Positions 1 through 9,700 of a DNA stretch of 64,000 nt are shown here, in pieces (positions within the stretch are counted from its first letter, which is position 1; the number at the start of each line of letters is the position of its first letter). This stretch comes from Patescibacteria group bacterium (lineage in GTDB: Bacteria > Patescibacteriota > Minisyncoccia > Phycocordibacterales > PALSA-1337). A program made the position numbers and the translations under genes. The stretch is taken from NCBI GenBank assembly GCA_040387635.1, contig JAZKDJ010000001.1:243851-307850 (forward strand), given 5' to 3'. Under the pieces are notes generated by a model. The model was not told the origin of the DNA and did no database searches. It saw only the letters and a list, made by a program, of their open reading frames with translations.

Positions 1-343
1 CAATTTTGGCTCCAGATATTTCAACAGTAATATTTCGATAGCCCCCGAGATTGTTCGATGCTGAATCAATAACGGACATGCCCCAGCCTTTGTTCTGAGT
101 ATATTTCATGTACATTCTATAGAGCATTGCAGTGAAATCTTCCGCGTCATCACCTCCGGCGCCAGAGTATATCGTGAGAATAGCATCACCTCTGTCGAAT
201 TTTCCAACACCTTCCGCTTCTTCCTTGAGTCGCTGAATTTCTTTGATTGTTGCCTGTGCCTTCTCTTTGTTAGCCCAAAAATCACCCTCACTCATCTGGG
301 CTTCTAGTTCAGCTATTTTTTTGTGTAGATCGTCCTTGGTCAC
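1..343 (-). CDS. prfB: Class I peptide chain release factor, RF2-like, N-terminal part (gene runs off the left window edge)
   Basis: Absent from the ORF track because it is open at the window edge. Minus-strand translation from GTG at 341-343 gives TKDDLHKKIAELEAQMSEGDFWANKEKAQATIKEIQRLKEEAEGVGKFDRGDAILTIYSGAGGDDAEDFTAMLYRMYMKYTQNKGWGMSVID. The DFW..KAQ and GAGG..E..D..ML.RMY motifs are RF2-type. The SPF/PxT and GGQ motifs lie outside the window. Confidence 0.7.
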   Translation of the reverse strand, partial: MTKDDLHKKIAELEAQMSEGDFWANKEKAQATIKEIQRLKEEAEGVGKFDRGDAILTIYSGAGGDDAEDFTAMLYRMYMKYTQNKGWGMSVIDSASNNLGGYRNITVEISGAKI

Positions 344-373
344 AATACTTACATGTATATCACAAGAAACAGA

Positions 374-1054
374 CTACTGCACACTACCCTCAGAAGATGG
401 AGACGACGGTATCTGGAAGAGATTTGGTAAGAAATATTTATAGACTGCGAACGCTGCAGCCACAACAAGCAATGTCATGATGATTGTAAGAAATGTTCCC
501 ATCTTTGATCCTGAGCTCCTGATTGGTTCCTTAACGAAACCTCCCTTGAATGCTGGAATGGGTTCCAGATTTTCTTCGAGCTTTCGAAATTGCTTAACCC
601 CTCCCACTGGTTCCATTGGCGGATACATCTGTGAAGAATAGCTCTGCACTGGTTCGGCCTTTGTAAGCTGATCAGATGCCATAGCTGCTCGAATAGGATC
701 AACTCTCACTGCGTCGTTGGGCGTATCCTGAGGAAACATTTTTGATGCTGTTTGAGGAGTTGATTGTGAAGGAGCCCAAGCTGATTGCGGCGCTGGCTGC
801 GCGTTTGATTGAGCACTTGGCTGCACGCTTGGTTGTGAACTTACTGGCTGAGGTCGCTCCTCGAACACTTCCCTAACTGGCTGTATCGCTGGCTGTTGTG
901 GTGTAGGAGCTGCTTGAGAAGTTATGGAAACAAACGCAGTCTCAACATCAAATATTGCCCAGCCCGCTCCCGTGAGACTTTTTTTGATAGCCTCATCACT
1001 CTCACCTCGTGCTCTCATTATTTTGATGTACTCAACAAGCTCTGGATTTATCAT
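374..1054 (-). CDS. Hypothetical tail-anchored membrane protein (small N-terminal helical domain, Pro/Gln/Ser-rich linker, C-terminal TM helix)
   Basis: 226-aa ORF. The N-terminus is MINPELVEYIKIMRARGESDEAIKKSLTGAGW. The middle is QP/SQ-rich low complexity, and a hydrophobic FLTIIMTLLVVAAAFAVYKYF lies near the C-terminus. No family recognised. Confidence 0.55.
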   Translation of the reverse strand: MINPELVEYIKIMRARGESDEAIKKSLTGAGWAIFDVETAFVSITSQAAPTPQQPAIQPVREVFEERPQPVSSQPSVQPSAQSNAQPAPQSAWAPSQSTPQTASKMFPQDTPNDAVRVDPIRAAMASDQLTKAEPVQSYSSQMYPPMEPVGGVKQFRKLEENLEPIPAFKGGFVKEPIRSSGSKMGTFLTIIMTLLVVAAAFAVYKYFLPNLFQIPSSPSSEGSVQ

Positions 1055-1126
1055 AGAGGATTTATCTTGCGCTTATTATACCAGAAATAGAGCGCCATGG
1101 AACGAACAAAGATTATGACTGTAGAG

Positions 1127-1199
1127 AGCCAATGGCCGGGATTGAACCGGCGACCTACGCTTTACGAAAGCGCCGCTCTACCAACTGAGCTACATTGGC
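1127..1199 (-). tRNA. tRNA-Thr (anticodon CGT)
   Basis: The reverse complement GCCAATGTAGCTCAGTTGGTAGAGCGGCGCTTTCGTAAAGCGTAGGTCGCCGGTTCAATCCCGGCCATTGGCT folds as a cloverleaf. Anticodon stem is GCGCT/AGCGT with loop TTCGTAA. No encoded CCA. Confidence 0.9.
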
Positions 1200-1220
1200 G
1201 TTCACCTAAAGTACCATACT

Positions 1221-2948
1221 TTAGGCTTTTTCTTCAACGTCGGCGATCTTCTTTGCGATCTTTTTCTCACTTTCGCGAACGTACTTTTTAAGTGATGCAA
1301 TAATCTGATCCTCTTCCTTGGTAAGCTCGCGCTTAGTCTTCACTTTCTCAAGAGTTTTAACCTGTTTCTCAATATCATTACAAATTTCTTCGAACTGTTC
1401 ATGGATGAGTCGGTCAGCTGCCTGTATATCTCTTCGAATCTTCTTTCTATACTTACGCATATGTGTAACGAGATGAACCATGAGTGTCGACAAACCAACC
1501 ACAATGAGGAGGCAGACGATTACGATAGTCGCGTAATCTGCCAAATACGTACCAAATCTAGAAAGCGGGCGGCCATTCACAACAAATGAATATTCGTCAG
1601 TGAACAAGCTCTGACCCCCTCGTATGTCTGTTGCTTTAGCCTTGAATGCATAAGCACCTGACGAGAGATCCTTCGTTACAACAACAATAAACTCACCTAC
1701 AGCATTACTCTTTGCTGACTGTGTAATTACCCTTCCCTTCGAATCAGTAATCTCGAAAGCGACGGTTGCGTTAGGGTATGTCGTACCAGTTATCTTAAGC
1801 GGTTCAGATCCTTCTAGGGTTGTTGTGTAGTCTGTAATAACAGGAGACTCTATAGGCTGAATCTCAAATTCACCGAATGAAGCAGTTTCATTACCTGCTC
1901 GGTCTACGGCTTTCACTAATATAGTCTTCTTGCCAGGTGAGAGCGGCGAGAGAGTTACGGTTCCGTTATCAACATCGTCATAATCAATTACAACCGGTTC
2001 ATCGTTGTTAATTTTTACTATATAACGATCAATTCCAGACAATTCATCCTTAGCATTAATTCCAATTCTTGGTCTAGCATTTTCAGTCTGTTTTCCATCG
2101 AGGTACTGTAGCGTAAACGGAAGCGGCGGCACTGTATCTGTCTGGAACTTATAATGACTTATACCTCCCCATCCATAAGCATTCCTCAACTGAACGTGGA
2201 AATAGTAGGAGCCGTCTTTAACTTGATCAAGTTTCTTGGAGCTTACAGCTGGCTCATAGAGAACGCCCGGAGTTGAGTTGGAACGCGCATCAAACTGCAA
2301 ACGCGCAGCAGTAACATCAGAAGAAACATTCCACGCGAACTCGGGTGACAATGTGTTATACCAACGCGTCGAATCAGGATGCGATGCAGATGTAATCTTA
2401 GGAGCGACTGGAACAAGTGCTGATGTCGAAGCTGGAGTAGTAATCTCTTCTCCTGGAACAGCAGTAGTATCTGAAACAAGTATGGTCGAATACCCAAGTA
2501 CCTTAAGCACATTTGTTCCCTTGCCGTCATTTGCGAGCACCGAACCTTCTGACACTGACACGCGCGCTGAACCGGGCTTTTTTGCTCTGAATGTCAGCGT
2601 AGCGATATTTCCAAACGATCCTTTGTAGCCAGGATTAAATATCACTCCTTCAAGCTCTGCCTTTCCAGTTTGGTTAGAATAGGTTGGCTCACGAACCCAA
2701 AGATTGAGAATGGAAGAATTTTTTGAAATCGAAACAAGCTCTAATGTATCTGTAGTATACGAAATCGTAGCCGAGACAGCGTTAATATAATCCTCGGTGT
2801 AATCTACCCCCAAAGATACTTGGAACGTAGTATTTGCAACAGGAGTTGCTGCTGCAGGATTGAGAATAAGAGCAGCGGCATCGGCCCTTTGCGGAGCAAG
2901 CCATATAAGAATGAGAACAAAAAAGATCGAGAAAAGACGTACCTTCAT
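1221..2948 (-). CDS. Cohesin-like domain surface protein with Ig-like domains, C-terminal TM helix and cytoplasmic coiled-coil tail
   Basis: 575 aa with signal peptide MKVRLFSIFFVLILIWLAPQRADA. The N-terminal module LILNPAAATPVANTTFQVSLGVD..INAVSATISYTTDTLELVSISK..GNIATLTFRAKKPGSARVSV fits the cohesin pattern. A late TM helix (IVIVCLLIVVGLSTLMVHLV) is followed by a Lys/Glu-rich helical tail. Confidence 0.6.
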   Translation of the reverse strand: MKVRLFSIFFVLILIWLAPQRADAAALILNPAAATPVANTTFQVSLGVDYTEDYINAVSATISYTTDTLELVSISKNSSILNLWVREPTYSNQTGKAELEGVIFNPGYKGSFGNIATLTFRAKKPGSARVSVSEGSVLANDGKGTNVLKVLGYSTILVSDTTAVPGEEITTPASTSALVPVAPKITSASHPDSTRWYNTLSPEFAWNVSSDVTAARLQFDARSNSTPGVLYEPAVSSKKLDQVKDGSYYFHVQLRNAYGWGGISHYKFQTDTVPPLPFTLQYLDGKQTENARPRIGINAKDELSGIDRYIVKINNDEPVVIDYDDVDNGTVTLSPLSPGKKTILVKAVDRAGNETASFGEFEIQPIESPVITDYTTTLEGSEPLKITGTTYPNATVAFEITDSKGRVITQSAKSNAVGEFIVVVTKDLSSGAYAFKAKATDIRGGQSLFTDEYSFVVNGRPLSRFGTYLADYATIVIVCLLIVVGLSTLMVHLVTHMRKYRKKIRRDIQAADRLIHEQFEEICNDIEKQVKTLEKVKTKRELTKEEDQIIASLKKYVRESEKKIAKKIADVEEKA

Positions 2949-3008
2949 ACGACAAAGTATACCTCATCCACCACGATCGATAGATGGAATATGTGGATAG
3001 CCTAAGAT

Positions 3009-3902
3009 TTATGAAATATTTCGAAGCACCTTCTTCACTATGAAGCCACAAAGGATAAGTAGAGCGAGGAGAACTACGATAGCGACCACCTGATCTTTGC
3101 CAGTAATTGCAGACGGAGAAGTAACCTCAGTTATTTTTTCATTTCCAGAATAATCTATAGCTTTGATGTTAAATTTTTTAGATACAAAATAATTGTCAGT
3201 TGCGTAAGGACTCTCAGCAACAATCCATGAGCCGTCTTCAATTTTGACCTGATATTCCTTCACACCGCTCTCCTTGTCGCTCGCGAGAAATACCAGAGCT
3301 GGTGAATCAACAAAAACGCCGCCCTTGGGTTCAAATGCTGCAATCTGGAATTCAGGAGCAACACTATCATTAAGCTCGTACGGTTGATTAAGAGTATAAG
3401 ACGACACACTTACGAGGACAGGATAGATCTCAACAGACACCTCGCTTCCATGACCGTCAGAACGAAGTAGACGGACATTCTCAAGCTTGATCTCACCGAT
3501 ACCCTTCTCTGTTCCTCTAAAGATTAATTTGAAAACTGCACCTGGATACAATGAAGGATATGAAAGCGGATCCACCAAACCCTTGAAGCCTCCAGGAATA
3601 ATGCCCGAGAAAGCTATTCGTCCGTTGTTATCTTCTGCCTTCTGAACCCAGAGAGGCACAATGGAATTACCATCATGAACCGCAACGAGCTGTAGAGCAC
3701 CTTCGGGATAAACAACCTCTCCCTCGATTGCGTTGATTGTCTCACCTTTGGTATCCAAGAGTAAATCAATCGCGAATTCCTGCTGTTTGGAAATTTCTTT
3801 TCTAGAAATATCGAAACGAAGCTCGGCAGCGTTAAGTACAAAAGGCGTCATTATTAAGACTCCAAGTAATAGACTAAGAATTGTATATGTAAACTTTTTC
3901 AT
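3009..3902 (-). CDS. Cohesin-like domain protein, C-terminally membrane anchored
   Basis: 297 aa with a signal peptide. AELRFDISRKEISKQQEFAIDLLLDTKGETINAIEGEVVYPEGALQLVAVHDGNSIVPLWV..GAVFKLIFRGTEKGIGEIKLENV parallels the cohesin-like module of the 1221..2948 protein. C-terminal TM helix is VVAIVVLLALLILCGFIV. Confidence 0.6.
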   Translation of the reverse strand: MKKFTYTILSLLLGVLIMTPFVLNAAELRFDISRKEISKQQEFAIDLLLDTKGETINAIEGEVVYPEGALQLVAVHDGNSIVPLWVQKAEDNNGRIAFSGIIPGGFKGLVDPLSYPSLYPGAVFKLIFRGTEKGIGEIKLENVRLLRSDGHGSEVSVEIYPVLVSVSSYTLNQPYELNDSVAPEFQIAAFEPKGGVFVDSPALVFLASDKESGVKEYQVKIEDGSWIVAESPYATDNYFVSKKFNIKAIDYSGNEKITEVTSPSAITGKDQVVAIVVLLALLILCGFIVKKVLRNIS

Positions 3903-3904
3903 AA

Positions 3905-5005
3905 TTATCCGGTCCAGTTATAAGCGAGAATGCTAAAGTCCACAAGGTTTACCTTGCCATCAGTATTTAGGTCGACATTGACTGCGACATTCGCCTTGAG
4001 ATACCAGAATGCCATGATGCTGTAATCAATGAGGTTAATGCGGTTGTCACAGTTAAGATCACCTTGCCGAGCCTTTGGACATGAAACAGCCTTGATGTCA
4101 GACATGACGTTCTTGGCACCCACTTTGAAATCGTACACATCGCTATCTGCACTGATCTCACTATCGAAGACAGCTCTTGATACAGCTTCGTGATCACCAA
4201 ACTCCAAAATAGTAGAATCAATGTTTTGCAAATAGATACCACTGGCGTCAGTTTTTGTTTTAAACAAATGAGGAGTTTCGGAATTAACTGTAATCGTAAC
4301 CTCCTTGTTAGGTACACTCTGTCCAAAAATCTTGATCACGTCTCCTCTTTTTACTTCAAGTTTGTCCGCCACGATAGTTGGTGCCAAGAAAACGCCGCTC
4401 ACTTTCGCGATCACGCCATTTGTAAGCATGACAGGAAACGAGAATGGCTGTGACTTAATTCCATAAATATCTTCCGTCAAAAGACTGAAGGCGTACGTTC
4501 CTCTAGAAAGATTGCTCAATGAAATTTCAAAGTTAGCATCCGGTCCCGCGATTACAGACGCAACAGCAGTAGTATCTCTGAGGAGAGTTACTTTTGTTCC
4601 TGGATATGCTCTTCCAGAGAGTACAACGCCTGCTGACCCACTAGTTGACCCGCCTCCTCCGCCCCCACCCCCACCTCCTCCTCCACTTGATGGTGGAGGA
4701 GGAACAGGCGCAGTTCCTGAACAATCAGTAACGATATAGGCAGTACAATCCGTGTGGCATGTAAGCACTCCGATATCGTATCCGAGAGATCTGCATGAAG
4801 CACCTGCTAAGTCGGCTCCGTCGCACTGTTCTCCTGAATCAGCAATATCATCTCCACATATTCCCGCGACAGTGGCCGTGACCGTAACGGCTGCCGTAAC
4901 GTCTTTTAGATAAAAAATACCCGCAGCCATGCAAAGGCCTACGAGCATAATTATATATGGCGCAAGAGCGGTATGCTTTTTAAAAATAAGGGCAATACTA
5001 TTCAT
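3905..5005 (-). CDS. Dockerin-bearing secreted/anchored protein with Cys-rich repeat, Pro/Gly linker and Ig-like domains
   Basis: 366 aa with an N-terminal TM/signal. It has a Cys-rich CGDDIADSGEQCDGADLAGASCRSLGYDIGVLTCHTDCTAYIVTDC and a PPPPSSG(12) linker. The C-terminus GDLNCDNRINLIDYSIMAFWYL...VDLNTDGKVNLVDFSILAYNW matches duplicated dockerin type I Ca-binding repeats. Confidence 0.65.
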   Translation of the reverse strand: MNSIALIFKKHTALAPYIIMLVGLCMAAGIFYLKDVTAAVTVTATVAGICGDDIADSGEQCDGADLAGASCRSLGYDIGVLTCHTDCTAYIVTDCSGTAPVPPPPSSGGGGGGGGGGGGSTSGSAGVVLSGRAYPGTKVTLLRDTTAVASVIAGPDANFEISLSNLSRGTYAFSLLTEDIYGIKSQPFSFPVMLTNGVIAKVSGVFLAPTIVADKLEVKRGDVIKIFGQSVPNKEVTITVNSETPHLFKTKTDASGIYLQNIDSTILEFGDHEAVSRAVFDSEISADSDVYDFKVGAKNVMSDIKAVSCPKARQGDLNCDNRINLIDYSIMAFWYLKANVAVNVDLNTDGKVNLVDFSILAYNWTG

Positions 5006-5044
5006 TCGCGATATAAATGTTGAAACTCTTCCGACACCTCCTCT

Positions 5045-5974
5045 TTAGATATTTCCTCCCTTCCGAGCCTGAGCAATAACCCAGTTATTGTATTTCTTGA
5101 GGAAAATAGGACCTCCAACAACGACGATGAGAACAACGAGAATTAGTGTTACGAGCAATTTCCATGGAAGAACCCAGATCCAGAAGCTGATTGGTTGAGC
5201 GGCTGCAGATTCAGAAAATGATACATCACTTGAAATCTTATAAGGTCCAAACATGAAGCCATCATCCTCGAATGTAATTCCATCTATTGATCGTGAGCTT
5301 GAAGGTAGTATTTGGTAATTTTTTCCGTTGAGAGGAACATTGCTTCTTATGTTTCCAAAAAGAGATGTTAGTCTTACGTCTCCCTGAGGTTTGACGTAAA
5401 TGTTCATATTGTTATCCACCCTAAGAGAGACAAGAAGTGGTAAAGGATTGTTCCAGAATAGCTTCTTGCCTCCAGCAGTTGTAAATGCAGAAGCGGTAGC
5501 TGCACCTGTTACTTCTCCTGATACATTGAGGTATACAAGAATTCCGGCTCGAGTGATGATCGCAACCTGTGATCCCTCACCAGAAGGAGGTGTCGTGCTC
5601 CACCAGACTACAGCGAAATGACCTCCCGGAGGAGCGTCTTTAGGAACTGTGATGGTAAATGGAATTTTCTTATCTTCTCCTGACTTGAGAGTAACTGATG
5701 GAACTGTCTTCACCCAGAGTGCGATGGCGCTCTGTTCCTTGCTGAATAGCTTTGTAGCGTTCGGCTCGGTAAACTTTTCGTACGACGGATAAAATGTCTT
5801 AGTCCCTTCTTCTTCGTTCTTAACGTAGAATTCTCCGGTAATGACTGTGCCGGGATCAACGTTATATTCAAGTTTTACCGGACCTACAGTAACTGCTGAA
5901 GCGAAGTTAGGTAAGATTACAGCGCAAATTATGATGAGTGACGCTAGTATCTTACAGACATTTTTATAATTCAT
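5045..5974 (-). CDS. DUF916/DUF3324-like two-Ig-domain cell-surface protein with C-terminal TM anchor
   Basis: 309 aa with a signal peptide. VTVGPVKLEYNVDPGTVITGEFYVKNEEEG...PFTITVPKDAPPGGHFAVVWW..AGILVYLNV is followed by a second beta domain (YQILPSSSRS) and a TM helix plus basic tail (LVTLILVVLIVVVGGPIFLKKYNN). The architecture resembles the anchored protein of Firmicute WxL loci, judged from memory of the family pattern. Confidence 0.5.
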   Translation of the reverse strand: MNYKNVCKILASLIIICAVILPNFASAVTVGPVKLEYNVDPGTVITGEFYVKNEEEGTKTFYPSYEKFTEPNATKLFSKEQSAIALWVKTVPSVTLKSGEDKKIPFTITVPKDAPPGGHFAVVWWSTTPPSGEGSQVAIITRAGILVYLNVSGEVTGAATASAFTTAGGKKLFWNNPLPLLVSLRVDNNMNIYVKPQGDVRLTSLFGNIRSNVPLNGKNYQILPSSSRSIDGITFEDDGFMFGPYKISSDVSFSESAAAQPISFWIWVLPWKLLVTLILVVLIVVVGGPIFLKKYNNWVIAQARKGGNI

Positions 5975-5997
5975 AATAATTTTACACTACACCCGAT

Positions 5998-6627
5998 TTA
6001 GTTACCTGTACAGCTATAGCTGATGGTATCGGTATAGGATCCAGCTCGAGTAAGGGCGCTGATTGCAGCTTTATGTGTAACTCCAACTTCCTTTGAGGCT
6101 ACAGGACCTGATGATGAAGCGAGGGCTGTGTTTGTGACCGTGAGTCCTCCAACCTGGTTGTTAAGTACTCGATATTTGCTGTTGAGAGTAAGAACTGCTC
6201 CTGTTCCAGCTGAACTCGTAGCTGCCTGGATACCGTAACCTTCTGTTCCTGCCGCGAGAGTTGCGTCAGCTGAAGCAATGAGCTGAGCTGTTGTTGTACC
6301 AGCTGCTTTATAGAGACCTGGGCTTACTGTATCTCCAGCACCCTGAACGTTGAGTGTACATCCTCCAGAGCTGTTACATGAGAGTGATGATGTAGCGCTT
6401 GGTGAAGCAGTGCTTATTGCTCCTGCTGTAAGTGTTCCGAATGTAATTGAGCTTTGTGTGTTAGAACATGTAACTGACTCGTTGATTGTAGCTGAGACAG
6501 TAACGGCAGCTGCTCCTTTAGCTGTATTTGGCTCCGTTGTGATTCCAAGAAGCATGACGAGGCATGCGGCTATGGTTAGTGATAGGACTGCCGATAATTT
6601 TCCTTCCAGAAACTTGTTGTGTTGCAT
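5998..6627 (-). CDS. Small secreted beta-rich subunit-like protein (Cys-containing, Ser/Thr/Ala/Gly-rich), paralogous to the C-terminus of the giant protein
   Basis: 209 aa with a signal/TM. It reads VTVSATINESVTCSNTQSSITFGTLTAG..SLSCNSSGGCTLNV..AGTEGYGIQAATSSAGTG..HKAAISALTRAGSYTDTISYSCTGN. It aligns along its length with the last 160 aa of the 6719..12019 product. The pattern recalls SCPU/WxL-type subunits but has no W-x-L motif. Confidence 0.6.
   Translation of the reverse strand: MQHNKFLEGKLSAVLSLTIAACLVMLLGITTEPNTAKGAAAVTVSATINESVTCSNTQSSITFGTLTAGAISTASPSATSSLSCNSSGGCTLNVQGAGDTVSPGLYKAAGTTTAQLIASADATLAAGTEGYGIQAATSSAGTGAVLTLNSKYRVLNNQVGGLTVTNTALASSSGPVASKEVGVTHKAAISALTRAGSYTDTISYSCTGN
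6209..6252. repeat. 44-nt exact repeat, copy A (within the small-subunit gene)
   Basis: gctgaactcgtagctgcctggataccgtaaccttctgttcctgc is identical to 6930..6973, while the flanking paralogous sequence is strongly diverged. It encodes AGTEGYGIQAATSSA on the minus strand. Confidence 0.9.
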
Positions 6628-6718
6628 GGGTTTAATAAGATTTTAATGTAACTTGCTGTCTATTTGGAACTAATTATACAGCATCAGCTCCTAAATATCG
6701 GGTTTTATGTGGATAACC

Positions 6719-9700
6719 CTAGTTCGACAAGCAACTATACGTAATAGTGTCGACGTAATTTCCTACCGGAGTCGTAGCAGCGATAGCAGCTTTGTGAGTT
6801 ATCACAACTTCCCTACTTGAAAATGATGATGTGCTACTTGCAATAACCGAGTTTGCAATAGCGAGTCCTCCTACGTCGTTACCTGTTTTCAAAAAGGTTG
6901 GACTAATAGCTAATGTACTACCAGTTCCTGCTGAACTCGTAGCTGCCTGGATACCGTAACCTTCTGTTCCTGCGGACAATGTCGCTGTTAGTGATGGAAT
7001 AAGGTATGCAGGAGATGTAGTAGCGAGACCTGGGCTTACACCATCACCTGCACTTGAAGCTGAGAGTGAGCATCCAGAGCCTGAACCACAACTAAATGTT
7101 GTCGTAGCATTGGGCGATGCTGTCTCCACCTGAGCGAGAGACAAGGCGCTGAATGTTGTCGACGTAATATTACTTGAGCATGTAACGGTTCCTCCGAAGT
7201 TCCAGTTGGAGTTACCTGTACCATCAAGGTTGGAAGTATCCGAAGCTTCGATCTGATCTCCTCCACTCGCATCTGAATCTTTTGGATTCGTATTAAATAC
7301 CGACTGGACTGCACTAACAAATAATTTCCAAGGAGAGCTGGATACTGAAGACCTGAGCTGTACTCGAGTGCCTGCAGCCTGTCCATTCAGCCACATATTA
7401 GTAAATGTATAGCCCTCACCTGCTGCAAATCTTAGTTTGGTAGACGGAGTTGTTGCTGTGAAATATGTCGAGGAAGCAGCTGAAGCAAAAATTACGGAAG
7501 GTGTCGTATCAGGATCACTCCCCGAGTTGTTGGTAATTTGCAATCCACTGAATGAAGAAGTGGCAACCATGTTTCCACTCAAAGTCTGCTGAGACGTTCC
7601 GTTAAATGTCGTCGTTCCTCCATTATGAGAAAAGATTCCGTTGTTAGTATAATTCCCTGAAACAGTTAGCGACGAAGGCGCGATCACCTTTGAGTTTGAA
7701 TCAATAACAATGTTGGTTGTTGATGCGTTGTTGTTGAACTGTTTCATCCTCGTTGAATTAGAGGTATACAAATCAGTAACTTCATCACTTGTTAAAGCTC
7801 TATTATAGATACGTACATCATCAAGTGATCCTAGGAACGCCGAACCTCCCCAAACAGCAGCTCCTATCTTTGCTGTTGTTGCAGAGTACACCATTGATGC
7901 AGCACTTCCCGAATAACTTCCTGCTCCAGTTTCCAATACTCCGTCCACGTAGACAACCATATCCGAAAAACCATTAACAACTCCAACAACATGCGTCCAA
8001 GCTCCAGAAGTGATCATTGAGGTTGAAACTTTACTTCTTCTATTTGCTGCACCAAGTCCACCGTTATTACCATATTCAAGAATAACGCTCCTATCAGCTC
8101 CAATTCTCAACTCAGCACCCGCATAGACTGCAGGTGTTCCATCTGTAGACACCACGCTGCGCGTAACTGTAAAATCACTCTGGTTAATCCAAACTGAGAA
8201 TGTAATTGGGAACGGTATTTCCAAGCTAGCGTTGTTTCCTAAATCGACATAATCATCTGTCCCATCGAACTGCAACCCTCCATCAAACTGACCGGTAGTC
8301 CATGTTGGACCGTTTGTCAGTGTTCCAGCATTCCCTGTTCCACTGGAATCAGCCGCATCCGTTCCTACCCCTTCATCAAATTTCCAATGACCGACGAATG
8401 TAGCAGGGTTGACAGGTGTCGTCGATCCAATAAAGCTCACTGTGGAGAAAGCCGAACTACCAGTTAGAGTTCCTGAAATAGTTTGTGTACTGGAGGCATT
8501 CGCAAAATAAATAGTACCCGAATTATTATTGAAAGTTCCATTATTCAAATATGATCCCAAAACAGTAAGAAGTGGTGGTGCAGTGACCGTACCGTTCGTT
8601 ATAACAAAGCCGGTAGTTGAAGCATTGTTTGAAAATGTCCAAGCTCCGCCAACGCCATTGAATGTCGTTGTACCCAGTGCGGCATTACCTGTAAGAGCTC
8701 CGGCAATAGTTTTACCAGTAGTAGTCGCATTAAATATTATTTCCCCGCTCGTTGTTGCAACGAATGTCGAGCCTGCGTCCGCAAGCCAAGATCCAGCAAG
8801 CGTAATTGCACCTCCTGCAATGATGGATGCACCATCATCGATATGTATACTACCGTCGGTAGTTGACGATGCGTTTCCGTGAATGGTCACCGGACCTCCT
8901 GGAGCAAACACTTTTCCAGCGTAGACAAAAAGCTCTTGGTCCTTAAACACATTCAGCACTCCGCTATTCGCGGTAAATGGAATATCGCTATCGTTATCTG
9001 CATCGTACTTAGCAAAATCAGTTATGGTAGTAGACGTACCCGAAGTTCCTTCGTGTTTTACGGTCACTCTGTTTCGATAAAGATCGATGTTCGGAAGGTT
9101 CGCAGTTGTAGAAGCTTTCGTCACAGTAACAGCTCTCGTTGTACTGTCTCCGTCCACCCACACAGTCACAGCTTTTCCTAACTTAGCAACTTCACCATCC
9201 ATGAGAATGGTCCAAAATCCACTTCCTGACAAAGTTGTTGTGGAGTACGTATCGAACCCGTCCACTCTAGCCTTAATTACTTTTCCTCCAGTTGTAATCT
9301 GAGTCGAACCTTCGTCTGAATAGAGAGTTCCTGAAAGAGAATAAACTCCAGTCTCGGACCATACAATCTTCATTTGAACGCGATGATCCACATCTCCTGT
9401 CGATTCCTGATACAAAGCAATTCCTTCGCCCGGGTTCAGGGCAAGCTCGTAACCGGTTCCAAACACGTTTTCGTTTCCTCCAATCGCCTGTCCAGCCACA
9501 GCTGGAGTGATTTCGCTAAACAATCGACTCGTGGTTGCGCTACTCATAGTGACAGTCACACCCGTCCTGCGTAATTCTACGGATGAGCTTGCAGTATCAG
9601 TATGCTTCTTTGGGATGTCCGCTGTAGAAATAAGCGTTCCACCTGAAGCAGCTGTGATCCTACGCAAACTCATAGGAACATATGCGGCCGCTGCCGCAGC

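Noticed and set aside
340-376. Possible RF2 +1 programmed frameshift, or read-through fusion with the upstream ORF (same frame, separated by one TAG)
   Set aside because: No CTT TGA C shift site is present. The upstream protein is an unrelated tail-anchored membrane protein, and the shared frame is a one-in-three coincidence.
4650-4715. Poly-Gly/Pro coding tract as a slipped-strand phase-variation repeat
   Set aside because: The nucleotide sequence is an imperfect mix of cct, ccg, ccc and cca codon complements rather than a pure mono- or dinucleotide or perfect triplet repeat. Slippage-based switching is therefore unlikely, and this is better treated as a flexible linker.
6209-6973. The 44-nt identical pair as a diversity-generating retroelement TR/VR pair
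   Set aside because: No reverse transcriptase or accessory gene is present in the window. The identical tract is short, and mismatches in the flanks are not restricted to adenine positions.
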